The position numbers and the translations under genes were made by a program. Below, in pieces: positions 30,801-40,378 of a stretch of DNA of 64,000 bases (its first letter is position 1; each line of letters begins with the position of its first letter). This stretch comes from Patescibacteria group bacterium (GTDB lineage: Bacteria; Patescibacteriota; Microgenomatia; UBA12405). The notes beneath the pieces are model-generated. The model saw nothing but the letters and a program-made list of their open reading frames with translations. It was not told the origin of the DNA and searched no databases. The stretch lies in NCBI GenBank assembly GCA_050943115.1, contig JBMNON010000006.1, forward strand, positions 963-64,962, given 5' to 3'.

Positions 30801-31670
30801 TGCCCAATCTGTAGTCCAATTTATTCTGGCAGTATAACCGGAGCTATAAGTGCAAGAAGGATTATCAACACAAAAATAGAGATAGTTACTTGAAGCAGCG
30901 CTGATTTTCCAAAAAAACTTTATCTCACCATCTTTGGCCATATTGACAGTGGTTTCCAAATGGGAGGTTTGGCCGCTTTGTAAGATAGGTGTTTGGGCTG
31001 ATTGGCTGCCATCAGTTGCCGAGGTACCGATCTCCCAATTGGCATGTCCACCGGTTATCCAACCATCCGGTGGGAATGTTCCTCCCTCAAAAGATTCTGT
31101 GACAGAAGAAGATACCGAGCATGTTTCCGGCTGAGGCGTGGTTCGCAGGGCAGCAATACGGTTTCTGGTAGTAGAACCATTATCTACAGTTGTAAAACTA
31201 CCACCTGCATACAAAGTTGACTTATCAGGGCTGAGTGTTAATGCTCTGACTTCATAGTTTGGGTTGGGGGCCCAACTGGTATCGATGCTACCGTCGGCAA
31301 GAATATGGGCGAGATTTTTGATATTAGTACCTGGTATTGCCGGGAAGGTACCGCCAACAAACCAACCACCACTACCATCCGGAACGGAAGCGTAAATTGA
31401 ACCGTTTCCGATTTTTAAAAAGTTAGGTGTTACGCTACTACTGCCAATATCATATAAAGCACCAGCGCCGGTTTGAGGTCCAACATATTTAAAATCACCC
31501 CCCAGGTAGACATTATTACCGTCAACTTCCATATCATAAACCTTGCCATTAGTAACCCAGAGATTACTGTTTGGTGTGGTTGATTGGGCGTTGGTAAAAG
31601 AAGAGGAAAAGAAAAAAAGTAACAATAGGAATATTGATAAAAATAGCGGCTTTAATTTTTCTAAATGCAT
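21834..31670 (-). CDS. Giant (3278 aa) membrane-anchored surface protein: beta-propeller repeats, three inserted beta-sandwich domains, Calx-beta, Ig/FN3-like domains, Pro/Thr/Ser stalks, carboxypeptidase-regulatory-like domain and C-terminal TMs
   Basis: Signal peptide, many LYVGG.F...RNRLAA.D...WNP blades, three ESFEG..FPP..W...GWLDNV units, VDY..TGGTA..GVDY, and two W.TNHP.T repeats. Confidence 0.9.
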   Translation of the reverse strand: MHLEKLKPLFLSIFLLLLFFFSSSFTNAQSTTPNSNLWVTNGKVYDMEVDGNNVYLGGDFKYVGPQTGAGALYDIGSSSVTPNFLKIGNGSIYASVPDGSGGWFVGGTFPAIPGTNIKNLAHILADGSIDTSWAPNPNYEVRALTLSPDKSTLYAGGSFTTVDNGSTTRNRIAALRTTPQPETCSVSSSVTESFEGGTFPPDGWITGGHANWEIGTSATDGSQSAQTPILQSGQTSHLETTVNMAKDGEIKFFWKISAASSNYLYFCVDNPSCTYSSGYTARINWTTDWAEVTVPLIAGSHTLTWKNQRTSTLNYSANRGWLDNVRIYEYESYPCGGGTSLARLWNPNSNNTVRAITTNSTGELIYVAGNFTTIRGVTRNRLAQIDLSGQPTDFNPISSVYQYNIADIDLNNDDSVIYLAGDFRDINIGGQLRTYFAAINTSTATALDFNPAPNGYVYDILYDNDKVWLTGSFTTIGGLSRNRVAAVNSLTGETLDWNPVLPTSNYFYGYALESIGDKIYVGGRFDNASTGTGIIFNHLFVINKSDGSGIINPPMADGYVQELFYDPDSSKLFIGGDFKSVGGVYRRYFAILDAVTGAAKDWAPNPFSYVYSIAAKDNIVYVGGSFTSFEGPQYFSRLAALDVCSQTIVNWNPLLDSTVRTLEFNHDKSVLYVGGDFTRVGDQVRYRLAAFDTSDNSLLDWAPDAADRVLALAYNNNNLYIGGEFEALAGEYRTRIGSVNATTGTLNDWYPGPIESGNSDSYVYSILPTSDGSKIFIGGEFSHVNRLYRPDFVVVDSDGNLLDSVSDSNNGTVKSMSFNSDESQLLVAGSFWNIAGVGATRAAIINMSDYSVADWKPSISSTINTAKFIGNTIFLAGEFITVDGSSCKSLAQFNDYVPESELDCSNPIYWPTITLAPSPTATPTPPPIPSAASIPLPVTGTDMTPTMQFSNHNYMLGRGPEQESGFVYEAQALYESEGYTYIGGEFELFAPATGKAALIDKNTGKVTGNFPHLDDPSSYGDSVYTIVPDGNGGWYVGGWFNHINYSPSEIINLIHVLPDGSVDPDWSPNPNDDVYSLALSPDNSILYVGGYFTEIDGQSRSRLAALNAADGSLITEWTPTTNSYIKSLKLSSDGKQLYLGGYFTSVTASVGTTAIRNRAASVWTPSCPDCVNDSTVVEESFEGVTFPPDNWITGGNLNWGIGTSAFDGSQSAQSPVISNGQTSYLQTTVNLSKDGVLKFNWKVSTYSAGGYLFYCIDNPDCTYSDVPIHQRISGNQDWREVFVPISAGEHTITWKHQRTSTYSTGANRGWLDNVRVYEYTQYPCVDSSVYLTHWNPNISSYIVNTIDIGASGNIYVGGTFATVNGSTPIKNLAAFDLNGVAIPDFQPAPNYEVRSIAAYESDIYAAGHFNEIGGRQLYKLAAVDASTGEARDWSPYNKYWGWTVNLAINDGLLYVGGVYWDMNGDFRHSASAFDLSTRQLTPWAPHIEYGMNVNSFAFDGDRVYMGGDFNSAGGTIVNNLVRIGPDGRVDESWLPVVRGMVNAISRKGNDIIVGGEFLSINNQTRNYLGAIDVDSGETTSWSPYSDDYIYDIAVAGDTIYIGGYFEKINGYDREGLASFEGSNSIPTSWSPSVWGLVNKILPHGSRLYVGGDFSYIDDYTRYNIAAFDIASGQLDSWYPGDAGGNYDGVYDLAASEDILYIAGDFPDFNQEDDKYYLVAVSTEDGSAVEWDPQIDSTVYTIDLTRDSILAGGYFMNAGGQSRHCAAEVFLPTMVGTTCPPLEPLGPAESFEGDVFPPENWSSGGDVLWSHSSTYSSDGAMSAESGVITHNQSSSLSYDVTADQAASLSFSWKVSSESGYDYLVFCHNNPSCSRTSYTHRISGSADWAEFTYNIDAGDHTFTWLYGKDSSSSVGEDKGWLDDVVLVEQSDCVIQAPGAATSWDPSPENGYCDVYELLINNNTVHVGGEFSEILPAQVSQYSFATFGDGIGNTAPPRIEFAHPYTASPQGVGETDIKLILQNGKSASPVTVDYEITGGTAENGVDYLLTSGTATIPSDSYYATIPVSILNPEPETPKTLFLSLSNPVNADLGMYSVTTLNIGDVAGTDPQPPTPDPTSTPTPTPTPTTPSQPPAPSTTPTPTPTSTPTPTPTPTPTPAVSTVSLDSPAHHSYTNSSRPAFSWTLSSDTAHGISSFDLEVDNGSKGDWSLTGIPASGTSDYRQDKYTARYSGFSDGTEDNNTVTLTTHDAAAWTGNQNKGALKEGARHYTLKTNTSQGQPSSSKTVFVDTTDPLLTLTSLNNLSFDPKQSDYSTSNLTPSLQGQIKDLLKGDSKNTKVAAGPRTLELSITRLNPYWLDSLHSTATLNLAASAAWCQSGDPVTDNSLQTDDKCAAFSFTPQEPLPPASYRFDLVATDAAGNTSKTITFTLKVGDFTPQEEEQIETLIDDKLSSASAQDKQQLQKKADTIVKAKDSNKESAWNNFATKAVDTLKNIWKKLADLGREPAARFLGALTDLINSIPYLSQAFKDSLLSSAQSWFNTWFENSRTKISNVKATKIATNSALISWKTNHPSTSKVNYGASYDYGADVQSDLLVKNHTITLSNLDPDTTYYYEVMSHGKTYTYDARHQFATLALNLTPGELADLQALLDTKLSSATAEERALIEQKIAQAQSAKPAQAEKKANSLAQTIADTIKNIAKRSGADISHIVDTITDTLTKLPAKVSQAVKDNILDKAQTWLAKNSTQIKNLRVIKITDTTAQVRWSTNHPATTLLHFAASTDLAYSVASDTLTKNHIVTLTHLNPDTTYYYQATSQGRTLAVSSRQDFATKVYLAKKGKATPTPLPQATPTPLSQPTTTPAIGGGEPTATPAPGQPTSTPSQPSPTSSVIAITSTTPTPLSQPTAITTAPDPSPTPTASLLPSPTTKVGDTSPAPEASPTSSPLATSTPTPTTSASEPTPTSSAIAATDSLTPAPQASAATPTTALADSSQPTPTTALVGTDNQVPPGSLEPPLAQIVPEVTPPLLAALPQPLTHTLQTITTTIDSTRYQLQETPVASQLGQVAATTSEAAAVTSAAYLVAQAAQTSLSALSSASSASLSLWTSLRLLLQQTLYFFLAPVSFFFGFKRQKQLLWGKVTDARHQPLVKALVTLTSGSRIYSTLTDASGFYTLNPAPGSYTLTVKKANYSPLTQPLLFKATRLELNLELTARPQSRPRLLDRLLPHLDAFLRRYYSHLTLLAIVSVAYSYLLYPSALNFLVLIFFVFSLRRRLVEERSLNVKASS
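21861..21922 (+). repeat. 62-bp direct repeat, copy 1 (inside the 3' end of the giant gene)
   Basis: 60/62 identical to 32924-32985. Confidence 0.9.
25200..25345. repeat. Low-complexity GGAGTG-type hexamer repeats encoding a (PT)n linker; compositional boundary within the giant gene
   Basis: Repeated GGAGTG/GGAGTA units. Sequence is visibly GC-rich at lower coordinates and AT-rich at higher coordinates. Confidence 0.8.
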
Positions 31671-31739
31671 GAATAGTTACAATCTTTAATTTATTGTAGA
31701 CTAAAAATGCAAGCCCTTCTATGATTAAAACCGAACTCC

Positions 31740-32894
31740 TTATTGCTCTTGATATTCTTGGGAACCGTTGCGGATCATGAGCTCTTTGGGCAGGAATTGG
31801 CGCTGGCTATTGAAGCGCTGATCTTCCTGACCGTGGATGGTGATTTTGACGGCTTTGACACCCGGAACTTGCAGAAGTGTTTTATTGAGCTGAAATGAGG
31901 CTCCTTTTGCCTGACAGTCATCTAATTCCGCTAGCTTTTTATTAAAATCAAGAGTAATAATTCCATCACTATTATCGACCTTTTCCAGTTTTATATTTTT
32001 ATTAAAATTGGTGAAATGTTTTTTCTTGTCATCATCCTGACGAGGGCCTTTAATTAAGGCATCGACAATAGAATTGATTACCTTACCCTTAATTTCTACA
32101 TCCTGCTTTACCGGACTTACTCTGGAACAATCTTTTTCAGAGTTGTTGCTACTGGGAAAGTACAAATTAAAATTACGATCATATTTAACATCAAGCTTTA
32201 GAGATAACTTGACGGATTGAGTGATCTTACCTTTTTCGTTTTTGTGGAATACTTCCAACTGAAGCGGATCTTCACTTTTAATGTTAACCGTCAACAGATC
32301 GAAATTTATAGGAAAAAAGAACTCCGCATACTCTTTACCGCCATCAGAGTTTATATCACAAGAAGCATCTTTGATGAGATAATCACCGGTGCGGCGGTTT
32401 TTTAAATTCAGATAAACCTTTGAATCCTTAATATTTGTAGAACCATAAATTATTTTGCCAAGCGAAATCAATTCGTTTGAACTTACTGAAGTTAAGACTA
32501 TAGAGGGGGCGGTTTTTATCTGAAGCTTGTCGGCAAGGTAATATTTTTTGTTTTCCCTAAAAGCCCCTTCGATATTAACCCAAAACCCCGGCTCCAGGGC
32601 GGTTATTTGTATGGAATTGTTTTTTTCATCAAAAGCTGCGGTTGACGGAGTGAGAGCCACCCTTATTTCCCTATTTTTTTTGTCCTCAACGACGAGGATA
32701 TTTTGACTGGGAAGATAATCAATAACCCGGGCGTAGATATTTTTTTCCGGAAACAGACGATTTTTTATTATTAGTAATACGGGAACTAGAAAGACCGCCA
32801 AAACAATGATCTTTGTTTTTTTATCTATTTTGGTGAAGCCGAGTTTAATTTTTTCTAAATAGAACTTAAGTTTTCTCTGGGTTCGCCTTTTCAT
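31740..32894 (-). CDS. Membrane-anchored protein with a C-terminal GerMN-like domain
   Basis: N-terminal TM; LYF...DCSRV.PV, ALIKGP, TLDFN, C...QL.KTL.Q.PGVK.V.I.I.G. Confidence 0.75.
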   Translation of the reverse strand: MKRRTQRKLKFYLEKIKLGFTKIDKKTKIIVLAVFLVPVLLIIKNRLFPEKNIYARVIDYLPSQNILVVEDKKNREIRVALTPSTAAFDEKNNSIQITALEPGFWVNIEGAFRENKKYYLADKLQIKTAPSIVLTSVSSNELISLGKIIYGSTNIKDSKVYLNLKNRRTGDYLIKDASCDINSDGGKEYAEFFFPINFDLLTVNIKSEDPLQLEVFHKNEKGKITQSVKLSLKLDVKYDRNFNLYFPSSNNSEKDCSRVSPVKQDVEIKGKVINSIVDALIKGPRQDDDKKKHFTNFNKNIKLEKVDNSDGIITLDFNKKLAELDDCQAKGASFQLNKTLLQVPGVKAVKITIHGQEDQRFNSQRQFLPKELMIRNGSQEYQEQ

Positions 32895-32923
32895 ACTTCC
32901 CTATTCTACCTCATCCGGATTTC

Positions 32924-32985
32924 TCTCTCCTCCACCAAGCGCCGGCGCAGGGAAAAGGCAAAGAAGATGAGAACCAGGAAGTTGA
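32924..32985 (+). repeat. 62-bp direct repeat, copy 2 (orphan remnant of the giant gene's C-terminal anchor)
   Basis: The minus strand reads [25 protein letters not shown], versus [28 protein letters not shown] in the giant gene. Confidence 0.9.
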
Positions 32986-33090
32986 AGTGGGTAATTATAA
33001 ACAAACAAGCATTTCCATGGATAAATGTTGTTTAAATCCAGTCTTTTTAAGTAATTGATTGTTTTATCTTAGTATGGTTTAATCAGGGCG

Positions 33091-33303
33091 ATGGCTGAAA
33101 GAAAAATAAGGACGAAGCCCCAACAATATGTTTTGAAAGGTTTCGAAATGGTGGACGGCGAATCTCCTGCTACACCTTTAAAAAAGAATACTGAACCAAT
33201 CAGGGTGGTTATGAATGAACTGACCGGAGAAGAATTAGCGAGAAGAAGACGGGAGGATCTTTTGGAGGATATTGAGGACAGAGCTAGTCCTTATAGAAGG
33301 TAG
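33091..33303 (+). CDS. Small hypothetical protein
   Basis: 70-aa ATG ORF in an otherwise empty gap. Confidence 0.55.
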   Translation: MAERKIRTKPQQYVLKGFEMVDGESPATPLKKNTEPIRVVMNELTGEELARRRREDLLEDIEDRASPYRR

Positions 33304-33345
33304 AGAAATGCCGATAGCCTGGCTGTTAATTTCAGGTATATCCTT

Positions 33346-33383
33346 CTTACATTCCCCTTACAATATTTTCACACTGGTCTTAT
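33346..33383 (+). promoter_or_regulatory. Four tandem CTTAC-like half-sites at 11-bp spacing (OmpR/PhoB-type box)
   Basis: CTTAC 33346, CTTAC 33357, TTCAC 33368 and CTTAT 33379, upstream of the SBP-kinase-RR operon. Confidence 0.65.
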
Positions 33384-33468
33384 TCTTGAGACATATATTA
33401 GGGTTGAAATTAAATTTTTGGGCTGAAACAAGCTAACGATTCCCCCTGAAAGGCTTTAAGTGGTGTTT

Positions 33469-34512
33469 ATGTCGAAACTGATTAAATTAATATTTAGTGA
33501 ATCTTTCAAGAAATTATTGTTTTTTGGTCTGTTGATGAGTCTCTTCTATTTGACCGCTAGAATCGGAGACCCTTATTATGGAAAAAAAGAGAAGGTGAAT
33601 TCGGAAAAGGAAGAAATTATCATTGCTGACGCTAAACAACCGGTATTCGGTTTAATTTATGTTGCCCAGGAAATGGGATATTTTGAAGATGAATCTTTGG
33701 AAGTTAATTTTAGAGAATTTACTACAGGCGAGGAAGCACTAGGCAGTGTAATCAACAAAGAGGCTGATTTAGCAACAGTGTTTAGCAGTCCTGTAATCAA
33801 GGCGGTTTTTGAAGGAAAAGATTTAAGCTTAATATCAACTCTGCATACGTCCTCGGAGAATATTTCCCTTTTGGCCAACAAAAGTAAGGGAATCGATTGT
33901 GTTGAAAAGTTAAAAGGAAAAAAGGTGGCGGTCGAGAAAGGAACCAGTGCTGAATATTTTTTGCACGCTTTAATTAGTGAAAGCTGTCTAAACTTGTGCG
34001 AAATAGAAGTTATTAATCTGCCCAACAGTGAAGGATTAGAGCTTTTTGCCCAAGGCAAAATTGATGGTGTCATGACCTGGAACATGCCTCTTTACAGAAC
34101 AAGGAAGTTATTAGCACCAAACGAAACAGTGGCAATAAATTCCAGGAGTTTAAACGAATATTCGATATTGGTAGGAACAAGGGAGTTTGTAGAGAGTAAC
34201 CCAACAAAGATTAAGAAGTTGCTAAAAGCCCTCTTGAAAGCTGAAAACTTTACCAGAAACAACAAAGAAGAAACAATTAGAATACTGGCTGAAAAATCTT
34301 TTGGGGTTAGTGAATCAGAGATGACTGAAGTGTGGGATCACTTTGAATTAAGACTGGGGTTGGACAATCTGTTTTTAAGTTCGATGGAAAGAGAGGCCCG
34401 ATGGCATATTAATCAGGGGATGTATGAAGCGAGCAATTTGCCAAATTTAAGAAAGATTATTAAGATAGATTATTTGAGTGACTTATCATCGGATAGTGTC
34501 ACCATTTTTTGA
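33469..34512 (+). CDS. SsuA/NrtA/THI5-like substrate-binding protein
   Basis: IYVAQE.GYF..E.L.V, LKGKKVAV.KGTSAE, G.IDG...W, LLKALLKA. Confidence 0.85.
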   Translation: MSKLIKLIFSESFKKLLFFGLLMSLFYLTARIGDPYYGKKEKVNSEKEEIIIADAKQPVFGLIYVAQEMGYFEDESLEVNFREFTTGEEALGSVINKEADLATVFSSPVIKAVFEGKDLSLISTLHTSSENISLLANKSKGIDCVEKLKGKKVAVEKGTSAEYFLHALISESCLNLCEIEVINLPNSEGLELFAQGKIDGVMTWNMPLYRTRKLLAPNETVAINSRSLNEYSILVGTREFVESNPTKIKKLLKALLKAENFTRNNKEETIRILAEKSFGVSESEMTEVWDHFELRLGLDNLFLSSMEREARWHINQGMYEASNLPNLRKIIKIDYLSDLSSDSVTIF

Positions 34513-36095
34513 TGGAAGCGAAAAAAGCTAAAAATTGGTTTAAGTATTTAAGTTTGGAGAAGAAGGTTTTGTTGCCCATTGTAGTTTTACAGGGATTGCT
34601 TATAGGGACCTTCATATTCTTTTCATTTAACTTAAGGTGGCACGAGAATATTTTTAACGAGAATACTATAAAAATTGAAGAAATTAACAAATTATCAGCC
34701 AGATTGTATGAGCTAAGGAAGAGAATGGACGCCAACGTGTTGACTTACCGATTTGAAAAAGATGAAGATATTGTCAGATTGATAAAACAGGACCAGGAGG
34801 AGTCAGAAATTATTATCGAAAAACTTGGTGATATGGGCAACAGCGAAACCGGGCAAAGGCTAATTGAAAACTATCTGAACATGCAGAGTGGGGCTGAGTC
34901 AATGAGGGACGACTTGATTGCAGCAATAAGAAACGGCGATAATAATCAAATTAGTCAAGCATACCAGCGCTGGTCGGTTAAGACGGACAGTATTGATGCC
35001 GCCCTGGCGGATTTGACCAACTATAACTCAAAAAATATCAGCAGGCTGGCAAATTTACACCAGGGAGTACTGGGCAGTGTCTACCAGATTATTATTCTAA
35101 CGATCCTGTCAACAATTTTTCTGATTATCACCCTTTATTATTATCTGCGAAGAACGGTAACTAAGCCGGTCTTAGAATTATCCAAAGCGGCCAATAAGAT
35201 ATCGGCAGGAAGATTAAACATCAAAATGAAGGTTGAATCCAACGATGAAATCGGCCTTTTGGCGAAAGATTTGGAAAAAATGGAGGTACAACTAAAGGAC
35301 TACTATAAAGGGCTCAAAAATGAAGTAAAGCTAAAGGAAGAAGAGCTGCGAACAACAAGAGAACTTGATAAGAGAAAAGATGACTTTATAAGTATCGCCA
35401 GCCACGAATTAAAAACGCCGATTACCAGTATGAAAATTTTTGCCGAACTTCTCAAAAGGAGGGCCGATATGTCGAGGGATGAGAAATCAGTTGCTTATTT
35501 AAGCAGGATAGATGACCAGATTGACAGACTGATAAGTTTAGTTAGCCAGCTTTTGGATGTATCAAAAATTGAGGCCGGAGGACTGAAGCTGAATAAAAGT
35601 ATTTTCAGGCTTGATGACCTGGTCAAAGAAACTATAGATGAGCTGGAGGAAAACATCCCCAACCATAAAGTTATTACCGACCTTCAAAGAAAACTGAGAG
35701 TCCGTGCTGACCGGGACAGGGTCCAACAGGTGTTAATAAATCTGTTAACCAATGCAGCCAAGTATTCGCCGGATGCCGATAAAATTATTGTTAAGGGTAA
35801 AGTTAATAAAAATAATGAGGTGATTATTAGCGTTAAGGATTATGGAATGGGGATACCAAGAGAGCATCAAGGAAAAATATTTGAAAAATTTTTTAGGGTG
35901 TACGAAGGGAGGGACAGAACTTTTCCAGGGTTGGGGATGGGGCTACACATTGCCTGGGATATTATCAGGAAACATAAAGGCAAGATCTGGTTTGAAAGTA
36001 AACCTGATAAGGGTTCAACATTTTATTTTAGCTTGCCATTAATTATTAAGAGGGAAAGGAGAACCTGGGATGATAAAAAGAGTACTAGTAATTGA
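34512..36095 (+). CDS. Membrane sensor histidine kinase (helical extracellular domain, HAMP, HisKA, HATPase_c)
   Basis: Two TMs, HAMP (DEIGLLA), SHELKTP, QVLINLLTNAAKYS, DYGMGI, GLGMGL. Confidence 0.95.
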   Translation: MEAKKAKNWFKYLSLEKKVLLPIVVLQGLLIGTFIFFSFNLRWHENIFNENTIKIEEINKLSARLYELRKRMDANVLTYRFEKDEDIVRLIKQDQEESEIIIEKLGDMGNSETGQRLIENYLNMQSGAESMRDDLIAAIRNGDNNQISQAYQRWSVKTDSIDAALADLTNYNSKNISRLANLHQGVLGSVYQIIILTILSTIFLIITLYYYLRRTVTKPVLELSKAANKISAGRLNIKMKVESNDEIGLLAKDLEKMEVQLKDYYKGLKNEVKLKEEELRTTRELDKRKDDFISIASHELKTPITSMKIFAELLKRRADMSRDEKSVAYLSRIDDQIDRLISLVSQLLDVSKIEAGGLKLNKSIFRLDDLVKETIDELEENIPNHKVITDLQRKLRVRADRDRVQQVLINLLTNAAKYSPDADKIIVKGKVNKNNEVIISVKDYGMGIPREHQGKIFEKFFRVYEGRDRTFPGLGMGLHIAWDIIRKHKGKIWFESKPDKGSTFYFSLPLIIKRERRTWDDKKSTSN

Positions 36096-36432
36096 TGACG
36101 ACGAGGCGATTTTGGAGGCGGTAAAAATGGCTTTGGAAATGGAAGATTACGAAGTGGAAACCTTAAGCCGGGGAGATAATGCTGTTGATGCAATCAAGCA
36201 ATTTAGCCCAAAACTAATACTGCTCGACTATCTTCTTTCCGGCGAGGACGGGAGAGAGGTGGCAAGCAGAATAAGAAGCAATAAGGAGTGTAGAGACGTT
36301 CCGATTATTATGTTTTCAGCCCACCCTAATGCTGAAAACTATGTCCGAGGTTATGGAGTCAACGGGTTTTTACCCAAACCATTTGACTTGGATGTGCTGA
36401 TCGACATGGTGGGCAAATACACTAGGGCTTAA
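36070..36432 (+). CDS. Single-domain response regulator
   Basis: VIDDD, LLDYLL, MFSA, LPKPF; no output domain. Confidence 0.9.
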   Translation: MIKRVLVIDDDEAILEAVKMALEMEDYEVETLSRGDNAVDAIKQFSPKLILLDYLLSGEDGREVASRIRSNKECRDVPIIMFSAHPNAENYVRGYGVNGFLPKPFDLDVLIDMVGKYTRA

Positions 36433-38056
36433 GTTGTCCCAAAGATGAATAGTTTGGTAGCTGCCGGCTCTCTGAGTCTTCCAACTCATAAATATCAGCA
36501 AAGGGAAAAGAGCCTACAATTTTATATTTGTCCAGAACCCCCGAGTCCTTGACTAGGCGGAAAGTTAAATCATTAATATCGTAAGTCCGCATGACAATCC
36601 ATTTAGCCCATCGGTCGGGTGAGCTGGTAGCACTTTGCCAATAGTCGCCAGTACCTTCATGAATAAATCTTTTCATTGGTAAATCCGACGAAAAGATGAT
36701 GGCGTCATGGGAAGCAGCAGAAATCAGAATGAACTCCTGTGTATCGGAGGCGTGTTCCTTGAGCCAATTGCTGACTTGGGTAACATTTTTTTGGCTGGAA
36801 CCGAAACGGGCGTCGTCAATGGTAACAGCATCAAGGCTTATAAAGGCAAAAAGAAAGATAAATCCGAGTATGCCGGTTATTAAGGGTTTGAATTTTGAAG
36901 CCCTATCGAAAAGGTAACCGACAAAAATGGCAATACTGGGAGCCAGCATGACCCCATAGCGGATATTAAACCAAGTTGTGCCAGAAATACCCTGAACGTA
37001 TAAAACTGAGTGACCCATGAATAAAGCCAAGATGTTGAATATAAGAGGAGCGATTAGTGTAAGTGATCCAAGCTTAATAGAAAAAGGTTGTTTTTTGCCG
37101 AACAGGAGCAGGATAAGACCGATAAAAGCCAGCAGTGCCGGAATGGTGTAAGAATTGTAAAGCAATGAATAGAGATAAATTTTTGAAGATAACAATAGGT
37201 TATATTTGGTAGGCAGGGTGCCGGCCTCTTCAAGCTGGGTCTGCTGGGCGTGAGCCGAAAAAGGCCCAAATATAAAGTAAAGTGGATCCCTAAAAATTAA
37301 AGTATTCCAGGCAAACCAAAGAAAAACTCCAAAGAAAGCCAGAGTAGAAAACAAGATAACAACTCCTTCTACGGTTTTATTTGCGTATTTCTTCCAAAGG
37401 AAAACTCCTAGTAATATCACAGAAAAAGCTAGAAGGAACCAGCCATCATAACGGACCAAGGTAGAAAGCATAATGAAAAAAGCCGATTTTATCAGACTTA
37501 GGACTCTTTCTTCCTTAAAGTACATGGTAAGGTAATAGGCGCCCGCAGTCATGGTAGCAAGGAGAAGCAGTTCTGTCATGGCGGTTGATTGTAGATAGAG
37601 AACATTGATATTGAATACAAAGACCATAACAGCGACCAAGCGGCCTAACATAGCAGTGCCAATCTTTTTTAGGAATACATAAATAATTACAGCTGTAGCC
37701 ACGTAGGAAATCATGGATTGAAGAGCACCTGAAAGACCACTGTGCCACATGAATTCGCTCCAAATGGTTGGAATCATAAGAATATGGGGCAGGGGTAACC
37801 AAACCGATCCCAGCTGGGCCAAACCAGGCTGAATGCCTTCAACAACCCGGCGACCAATATTGAGATGGGAACGGGCATCGTTGTATGCCAAACCCAAGCC
37901 ATTGTTGAAAAAGGCGATGTAGGCGGCAACAGAAATTAGGGTCATATAAAAAACCAAAATGACGACATCATGATCCTTAAAAAATCTAAAAACTTGTTTT
38001 GTATAGTTGGTTTTAAGAATGAGGCTTAGGGTGCCATTTTTAAAAGTTAGTTTCAT
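36422..38056 (-). CDS. GT-C fold membrane glycosyltransferase
   Basis: YNDARSHLNIGRR, VWLPLPH, STAMTE, RYDGW and multiple TMs. Confidence 0.8.
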   Translation of the reverse strand: MKLTFKNGTLSLILKTNYTKQVFRFFKDHDVVILVFYMTLISVAAYIAFFNNGLGLAYNDARSHLNIGRRVVEGIQPGLAQLGSVWLPLPHILMIPTIWSEFMWHSGLSGALQSMISYVATAVIIYVFLKKIGTAMLGRLVAVMVFVFNINVLYLQSTAMTELLLLATMTAGAYYLTMYFKEERVLSLIKSAFFIMLSTLVRYDGWFLLAFSVILLGVFLWKKYANKTVEGVVILFSTLAFFGVFLWFAWNTLIFRDPLYFIFGPFSAHAQQTQLEEAGTLPTKYNLLLSSKIYLYSLLYNSYTIPALLAFIGLILLLFGKKQPFSIKLGSLTLIAPLIFNILALFMGHSVLYVQGISGTTWFNIRYGVMLAPSIAIFVGYLFDRASKFKPLITGILGFIFLFAFISLDAVTIDDARFGSSQKNVTQVSNWLKEHASDTQEFILISAASHDAIIFSSDLPMKRFIHEGTGDYWQSATSSPDRWAKWIVMRTYDINDLTFRLVKDSGVLDKYKIVGSFPFADIYELEDSESRQLPNYSSLGQLKP

Positions 38057-39629
38057 AGGTGTCTTTTTCCAAATAAATTTTTATGGTATGGGTCAGGGCG
38101 ATAACAGAAACGATGGAAAGAACAATCTTAAAGTAATCGTGGGCAGAAAAATTTTCTGAGTAAGTTTGGCGGAAATATAGAGCTTTGGATCGGTTATTTT
38201 CGAGATGATCCAAATTGCGTTCAAAGGTATATTTTTGCTCTTGTCCGGTTTGTTCTTCAAGGGACAATACCTCGACTTGAGGAGGATTGCTAACACTGGT
38301 CAGGGCACCGGCGGTGTTAACGTAAAGAGAATATGAAAACACCGCCGTAAACAACAAGAGGAGGAGAGGTTTTGTCTTGAACTTGTTTAGATATTGAGAA
38401 ATGGCTACGGATAAAAATGCAAAACCAGGAATAAGATAACGCGGACCAAAAGACCAACCTCCCCACGGATCACCCCAGGACGAATAAATAAGAAGGTTGG
38501 TGATAAAAACCGAAAGTATTAAAACCGCAACCTTCTGGTGTTTTTGATATAGAATGGCAACCCCAAAAAAGGCAATAATGACAAGCGGCCAGTAATTGAT
38601 AACTCCCCTATCGGGGCTAAAGATAAGAATATTCATTCCGTTGACCAGATTTCTAGTGTTGAAAAAAGATAGTGCTGAGCGCTGCGATGCCAACTTTTCT
38701 AACTGAGCTGAAGTATTCGGATCAGCGGAATTGTCAGGTTGGGCTGGCAAGCCATTTTCGTCGATACTGCGAATGTTTTTAACCGTACCGGCTAGCTGTA
38801 AGGGGTTACCATAGCTTTTGTCGTGAACCCAGAAGAAAAACAATAAGGTGGATAGTGAGAAAAGAGGAATAAGAAGTAGGTATTTAAGATTTAGACTGAT
38901 TGCCAGATTATTCTTTAGTTTCCTAAAATTAACCAAACGAATTAGGGAATATACCAGTAAGGGAGAAAACAAAAAAGCATTGGGGTAATCTATCGCTAGA
39001 CTCAGGGGAAATAGAAACCAGGTGATAGACAGAGACTTAAGAGGACTAAACTTCAACAAACTATAAAAGGAAGTAAGGAGAAGAAAAACGGAAAGGTGGT
39101 GCTGGTAAAGGTTGACGGCATAAGCAAAGGCAGTGGAGGCAAAAGTAAAAGACAGGGCGGAAACAAAGGAAGAGTTGGAAGATGCTCCAAGTATTCTTGA
39201 GATTGCTTTTATTAGTAAAAAGTTTAAAAAAGCAAAAAGCAAGATGACAGCATAAGTGCCGATTTGCGAGGAACCTAGGAATTTGCCAATCAAATACCCA
39301 GGAATAAGTACAATGGCAGATCCCGGAGCGAAAAGGGAAACATACGAACCATTATGATAGCCGATATCGGGGATGGCAAACCGGGCGACCGGAAGAGTGT
39401 AACTAAAGGAATCTTCTTCGACGATGGAATAAACAAGTGCGAAACGGCCTCTTTCGGGAGAAGTGTCAAAGGGTCCGGCGTCTTTCCAACTGGAAGTGTT
39501 CAGTTTGGCTACATCGGGATTTCCCGGAATGCCACGAAGGGCGAGAACAAGAACCAACAAGGTCAGGAGATAGGGGGCCAGCCTACCAACCGACAATAGG
39601 GATTTCCCAAGGACTTTTAAAATTTTCAT
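38040..39629 (-). CDS. Polytopic membrane protein, probable GT-C glycosyltransferase
   Basis: Many TMs, LIFSPDRG and WGGWSFGPRYL motifs. Confidence 0.7.
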   Translation of the reverse strand: MKILKVLGKSLLSVGRLAPYLLTLLVLVLALRGIPGNPDVAKLNTSSWKDAGPFDTSPERGRFALVYSIVEEDSFSYTLPVARFAIPDIGYHNGSYVSLFAPGSAIVLIPGYLIGKFLGSSQIGTYAVILLFAFLNFLLIKAISRILGASSNSSFVSALSFTFASTAFAYAVNLYQHHLSVFLLLTSFYSLLKFSPLKSLSITWFLFPLSLAIDYPNAFLFSPLLVYSLIRLVNFRKLKNNLAISLNLKYLLLIPLFSLSTLLFFFWVHDKSYGNPLQLAGTVKNIRSIDENGLPAQPDNSADPNTSAQLEKLASQRSALSFFNTRNLVNGMNILIFSPDRGVINYWPLVIIAFFGVAILYQKHQKVAVLILSVFITNLLIYSSWGDPWGGWSFGPRYLIPGFAFLSVAISQYLNKFKTKPLLLLLFTAVFSYSLYVNTAGALTSVSNPPQVEVLSLEEQTGQEQKYTFERNLDHLENNRSKALYFRQTYSENFSAHDYFKIVLSIVSVIALTHTIKIYLEKDTYETNF

Positions 39630-40378
39630 ATACTTTGTTTGGCCGATTTAATAACTAAAGACTCAAAGTCAACCTGATCGAAAGCGATAATTATTTTTAT
39701 AATTTGTGAAAGGGTCCGAGGAGACAGAAAGCGATGGGAATTAAAGGACATAAAGGTCTGAAGCGTGCCCGGCATGAGACAAGTGACTCGGATACCAAAG
39801 CTTTTTAGTTCCCGGGCAAGAGCAAAAGAGAAGCCTTCCAGGGCATACTTGGTAGCCGCATACAATGTCTTGCCGGGAGAGATGTTGGTATTGTGACTGA
39901 TCTTGGAGCCAATATTAATAATTGTGCCGTTTCTTTGAGATTTCATTGGGGGAATTACGGCTTTGGACATAAAAAAAGCGCCTTTCAGGTTGGTGTCGAA
40001 AATCCGATCATACTCTTCTTCGGAGACATTCTCCAGTGGTTTTTCCAGAAAAGTTCCAGCATTATTGATAAGTACATCTATTCTGCCGAACTTGATGGCA
40101 ACATCGTTTATAAATTTTTGGGTTTGGACCGGTTGGCAGATATCGACAGAACGGAGCATAACCTGGTCTTGGCTATCAGTTGTGAACTCCTTATTCAAAT
40201 CAGTCAGATTACGTGAACAGAGAGCCAGAAGAGTACCGGAATCAATCAGTTCTTTTGATATGCATTTCCCAAGCCCCCTGCTAGCTCCAGTAACAACTAC
40301 GACTTTATCTTTTAGATGGGTGTCAAGCGAGCTGACATCGGGAGGGGATTTATTATTTAATTTTGGCAGAAGAAACAT
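39626..40378 (-). CDS. Short-chain dehydrogenase/reductase
   Basis: TGASRGLG, NNAG, YAATK. Confidence 0.92.
   Translation of the reverse strand: MFLLPKLNNKSPPDVSSLDTHLKDKVVVVTGASRGLGKCISKELIDSGTLLALCSRNLTDLNKEFTTDSQDQVMLRSVDICQPVQTQKFINDVAIKFGRIDVLINNAGTFLEKPLENVSEEEYDRIFDTNLKGAFFMSKAVIPPMKSQRNGTIINIGSKISHNTNISPGKTLYAATKYALEGFSFALARELKSFGIRVTCLMPGTLQTFMSFNSHRFLSPRTLSQIIKIIIAFDQVDFESLVIKSAKQSI

Noticed and set aside
32915-32937. CTCTCTCCTCCACCA resembles a tRNA/tmRNA 3' end (possible att site)
   Set aside because: There is no T-loop (GTTCRA) or cloverleaf, the sequence is explained as the antisense of codons LVEER, and no integrase is nearby.
21861-32985. Repeat pair as a diversity-generating retroelement TR/VR
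   Set aside because: No reverse transcriptase is in the window, there are only two mismatches with no consistent adenine pattern, and the target is a TM tail.
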